NCBI GenBank assembly: GCA_000004695.1
Contig: CM000153.2
Location: 2,400,001-2,464,000, forward strand
From: Dictyostelium discoideum
Taxonomy: Eukaryota
Direction: 5' to 3'
Length of the DNA stretch: 64,000 nt
Below the pieces are notes generated by a model. The model was given only the letters and a program-made list of their open reading frames with translations. It did no database searches and was not told the DNA's origin. Numbering within the stretch: the stretch's first letter is position 1; each line of letters starts with the position of its first letter. A program made the position numbers and the translations under genes. Shown one piece after another: positions 60,315 to 64,000 of the stretch.

Positions 60315-60550
60315 TTTATTATTAGTTTATTCTTAATCGTTTATATATGTGAGAAAAATTAAAAAATAAAAAAAAAAAAAAAAAAAAAAAAGAAAAAAAA
60401 AATTAATTAAAAATTTGAGATACATTTTTTCCTCATAAAAAATTTTATTTTTTTTTATTTTTATTTTATTTTTTTTTTTTTTTAAATTTTCAAAACATAA
60501 AACCCTTGTTGGTTTGTTTTTTAAAAAAAAATAAAATAAAAAGTGATAAT

Positions 60551-60581
<31 letters not shown>

Positions 60582-60921
60582 AAAAACAAATCAAAATTAA
60601 ATAAAAAAAAATTGGAAGATTAAATAAAAAAAAATAATTTGTTTTTTTTTTTATTATTTTTTTTTTTTTTTACTAAAAAAAAGTTATAAAACACATTTTG
60701 GAAATAATTTTTTGATGGGAGCTTCCACTTCGACTCTTTTTTTTATTTTTTAATTTTTTTTATTTTTTGAATTTTCTAGTGCGGATGAACAAAATGAGAA
60801 GCTTCTCAGTTTTTATATGAAAAATATAATCCAATAACACAGCGGTGTGCGCGCTTTTGTGAAAAAAAAAAAATAAAAAAATTCTCTTCACTTTTTTTTA
60901 AACCCAAACACCAATTTTTTG

Positions 60922-60953
<32 letters not shown>

Positions 60954-60989
60954 ATAATAGTAATAATAAAAACTATATAATATTATATA

Positions 60990-61150
60990 ATGGATATTGA
61001 AGATGTAATGAATAAATTATCATTAAAAAATAAAAAAGTTTTAAATAGATCATCAGAATATTCAAGACTAATTAAAGTTAAAAGACCGATGGGCTTGGGT
61101 CCTCTTGAAATGTGTAAACCTGGCGCTTGTATTTTTGTTGCCTGTAAAGA
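60990..61150 (+). CDS. Origin recognition complex subunit 6 (ORC6), exon 1
   Basis: ATG 60990. RSSEYSRLIKVKRPMGL...CIFVACKE resembles the ORC6 N-terminal TFIIB-like domain (KAEEYLRLSRVKCVGL...). Non-canonical GTTTGT donor at 61151 (phase 2). Confidence 0.55.
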
Positions 61151-61252
61151 GTTTGTATACAATTTAAAACCTTTTTCTATTTTTATTTTTATTTTCATAT
61201 TAAAAAAAAAAATAATAATTAAAATAAAAATAATTATAATAATTATAATAAT

Positions 61253-61306
<54 letters not shown>

Positions 61307-61370
61307 TTACAAATATTTTAATAAATAATAAATATTAAAATTTTTTTTTATTTTTTTATTTTTTTTTTAG

Positions 61371-61475
61371 ACTATCAATAGAATTAAATAAAAGCCAATT
61401 AGTAAGAGTTCTTGGAACAAATGATAAATTATTTGAACAATCAATTCTTGCTTTGTATACAATTTTAGGTAAAAA
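61371..61475 (+). CDS. ORC6 exon 2
   Basis: Acceptor ag at 61369-70. LSIELNKSQLVRVLGTNDKLFEQSILALYTILGKK (cf. ORC6 LIKLSGLNKETYQSCLKSFECLLG). GTAAGT donor at 61476. Confidence 0.55.
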
Positions 61476-61608
61476 GTAAGTTTAATAATAAAAAAAAAAC
61501 AAAATAAATATATTTTTTTTTTTTTGGAAAATAAAAATAAAAAATAAAAAAATAAAAAATAAAAAAAACTTGGAAATTAATAAAATTTTATAATTATAAA
61601 ATAAAACA

Positions 61609-61777
<169 letters not shown>

Positions 61778-61780
61778 TAG

Positions 61781-62350
61781 AAGACCACCTTATTCAATAG
61801 TAGAAATTTCAAATACATTTAAATTAAATTCAACAATTTGTGAATCAAGTGAAAATTTATTAAAACTATATAGAACTAAAATATTAGGTGGTATTGAAGA
61901 AGTTCAAAGTCAATTTACCAATATTGATGATGGTATATTTTCAGCGGCATCAGTTTATATTATGACACAACAACATTCAATAAATATTGATCATACTCTA
62001 TTACTTAGTTTGGTTGATTGTTCACAAGAAACATTTCAAAGGGCAATGAATGCAATTACCCAATGTTGTTATCAAGGTGAAAGTATTGTTAAACTAAAGA
62101 AAACTCCACCTAAAAATAAACAAAATACAATTTTAAGATCACCAACTTCAATTCTTATATCATCATCATCAACTTTAAATAATACAACAACAAGTACAAC
62201 TACAACAGCACCAAAATCACCAATACCAATTCCATCATTAACTCCAATATCACAAATTAAGAATTTAACTACCAAACCTATAGTTTCACCATCATCCTCA
62301 CCATTATTATCATCTATTTCCCCACCTAAAGTTTTGGCTACACCAACATT

Positions 62351-62391
<41 letters not shown>

Positions 62392-62924
62392 TATCGCCAC
62401 CATTATCATCAAATCCAACTACTGATTTGTCATCCACTAATGAACCAATTGTCTTTAATATTTCATCTGAATTATTACCTATACCACCCACTACCACTTT
62501 TAAAAATGATGGAAATGAAAATAAAAATAATACTAAAAATTGTAATATTGAAATAATTGAAGAGATATCGAATGTTGATGAATCACCATTTAATGATAAT
62601 AGTGTAAAGAAAATTGAACAATCCAATCCAAATATTAGTAATAAAAAGAGATCTAGAGACGAACTTGAAAAAGAATCTGAACTTGGGAAAAGCCAACCAC
62701 CACAACCACAACAACAACCACAACAACAACAACAACAACAAAAAGAAAAGAGTGTAAAAAATAAAATAAATGAGGGTGATCTAACGTTAGAACAAGAACG
62801 TCTACTAATTAAAAAGAAAAAAGAACAACAATTTAATGATTGGAAAAATTCTGATTTTGCCAAATCAAAACCTACTCCAGTCAATGCTACAAAACAATTA
62901 ACTTTGGATTCTTTTTTTAAATAG
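61781..62924 (+). CDS. ORC6 exon 3 (incl. stop; S/T/P-rich low-complexity middle and conserved C-terminus)
   Basis: Acceptor ag at 61779-80. Contains the track ORF 61962..62924. The three exons sum to 1410 nt = 469 aa + stop. Confidence 0.65.
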
Positions 62925-63264
62925 GAAAAAAAAATAAAAATAAAAAAAAAAAAAAAAAAAGAATTACAGTGAAATATTAATTTATTTCGCTTGGAAAATT
63001 CAATTTTAATAATATATAATAATAACAAGTACAATAATAAAAAATAAATAATAATAATAATAACAATAACATATTATTAATTATAAGGTTGCACATAGGT
63101 TTATGGATGTTGTTGTCAACATAAAATAAAAAAAATAGAAAAATAAAAAACACAACATTGCATATGCAAATATTGTTTTTTTTTGGAAGAATTAAACCGA
63201 ATTGATGGAAAATTTGTTTCTAAAAAAAGATCACGAAAAAGTTTTATTCTTTTTTTTTTTTTTT

Positions 63265-63303
<39 letters not shown>

Positions 63304-63895
63304 CAAAACCAGTAAGTAGCCTTGTCATAGGGTTTTTTACTTAATTATTTTAAGTTTTTTATTTTTTTTTTTTTTTTATTTTTTTTAAATGTCAAAATAA
63401 AACCAGTTATCATATCATATGGTTTTTTAATTAATTTAGTTTTTATTTTCCTTTTCTTTTTTTTTAATTTTTTGAAATGGTTTTGATCACGAAATGGTGT
63501 GGGTGTGTTTTTTGTTGAATTTTTTTTAATTTTAATTTTTTTTTTTTTTTCTTTTAATTTTTTTTTTTCCCTGAGTCGTTGAGATGACCGACCAACGAGG
63601 AGGAGTTATTTTTTTTTTTTTTACAATTATTTTAAAATAAAATAAAATAAAACAAAACAAAAAAGTTTGACACTCAAAGGGTAAAATTTAAACAAATAAT
63701 GATTTAATATTATTATTATTATTATCTTTTTTTTTTTTTTTTTTTGTTTAATGTTTTGTTTAATTAATTAAATTTGTTTTTTTCTTTTTTTTTTATGTTT
63801 TTTTGATTTTTTTTTTTTTTTTTTTCATTTGCAACGACTTTTTTTTTTTTTTTATTTTTCAAAACAAATCACCAAAATTTGTGTAACTCCCATTT

Positions 63896-63932
<37 letters not shown>

Positions 63933-64000
63933 ACTTTTTTTTTTTTTTTTTTTTTTTTTGTTTTTTTTTTGCGGGTATCTGTTTGTGTATATATTTTTAG

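Noticed and set aside
60835-60860. Possible E2F site (gtgcgcgcttttg)
   Set aside because: The T-run orientation relative to GCGC does not match TTTSGCGC on either strand. It is retained only as an unassigned GC word in the divergent promoter finding.
62072-63034. 320-aa minus-strand ORF
   Set aside because: Antisense to ORC6 exon 3. Its composition (poly-Cys/Phe/Asp runs) reflects the complement of the S/T/Q codons, so it is not a gene.

Overview
This window looks like nuclear DNA from a dictyostelid amoeba, most likely Dictyostelium discoideum. It is about 78% A+T, has poly-Asn/Gln/Thr coding microsatellites, short AT-rich introns mostly starting GTAAGT/GTATGT, and aaaATG start contexts. 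I used the ORF track (its first 'M' is sometimes TTG or GTG) and built exon models by hand from GT..AG boundaries plus reading-phase and length checks. Every multi-exon model below sums to a multiple of 3.

The window holds about 20 protein genes, nearly all on the minus strand between 1 and 51 kb:
- a myristoylated IQ + DH-PH RhoGEF (3' end outside the window)
- a 1395-aa N/Q-rich ankyrin-repeat protein
- a tandem array of three 551-aa 4-coumarate-CoA-ligase-like (4CL) genes plus an orphan duplicated first exon
- exocyst Sec8/exoc4 (5 exons, 1182 aa)
- an MSH5-type MutS homologue (6 exons, 880 aa)
- a neurochondrin homologue (3 exons, 1259 aa)
- an APH/choline-kinase-fold phosphotransferase
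- two tandem histidine acid phosphatase paralogues that differ by one intron
- an OTU-domain protein whose true start is probably a 7-codon micro-exon
- a cluster of secreted or membrane protein genes: a psi-type PA14 + Cys-repeat + TM protein with two NPxY motifs, a frizzled/smoothened-like receptor with a 36-nt micro-exon, an MRH-domain mucin-like GPI protein, and a small secreted Cys protein
- a single-exon ABC-ATPase + Toprim-like protein with the architecture of bacterial OLD/Gabija-GajA/PARIS anti-phage nucleases, which is the most unusual gene here
- bifunctional LKR/SDH (AASS), CHMP2/Vps2 and ORC6

Non-coding observations:
- tandem DUSE-like motifs (ncRNA upstream element) followed by a candidate small-RNA region and a perfect hairpin
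- a recurring TATAAAAATGTG(TG)GTGTT motif and two diverged ~110-bp repeats in a 3-kb gene-free stretch
- a C/CA-rich G-box-like element upstream of the psi-type gene
- two GC-rich islands sharing GGTCGGTC
- many long (ATT)n/(AAT)n microsatellites in introns and coding regions

I found no tRNA, rRNA, CRISPR array or clear transposon.
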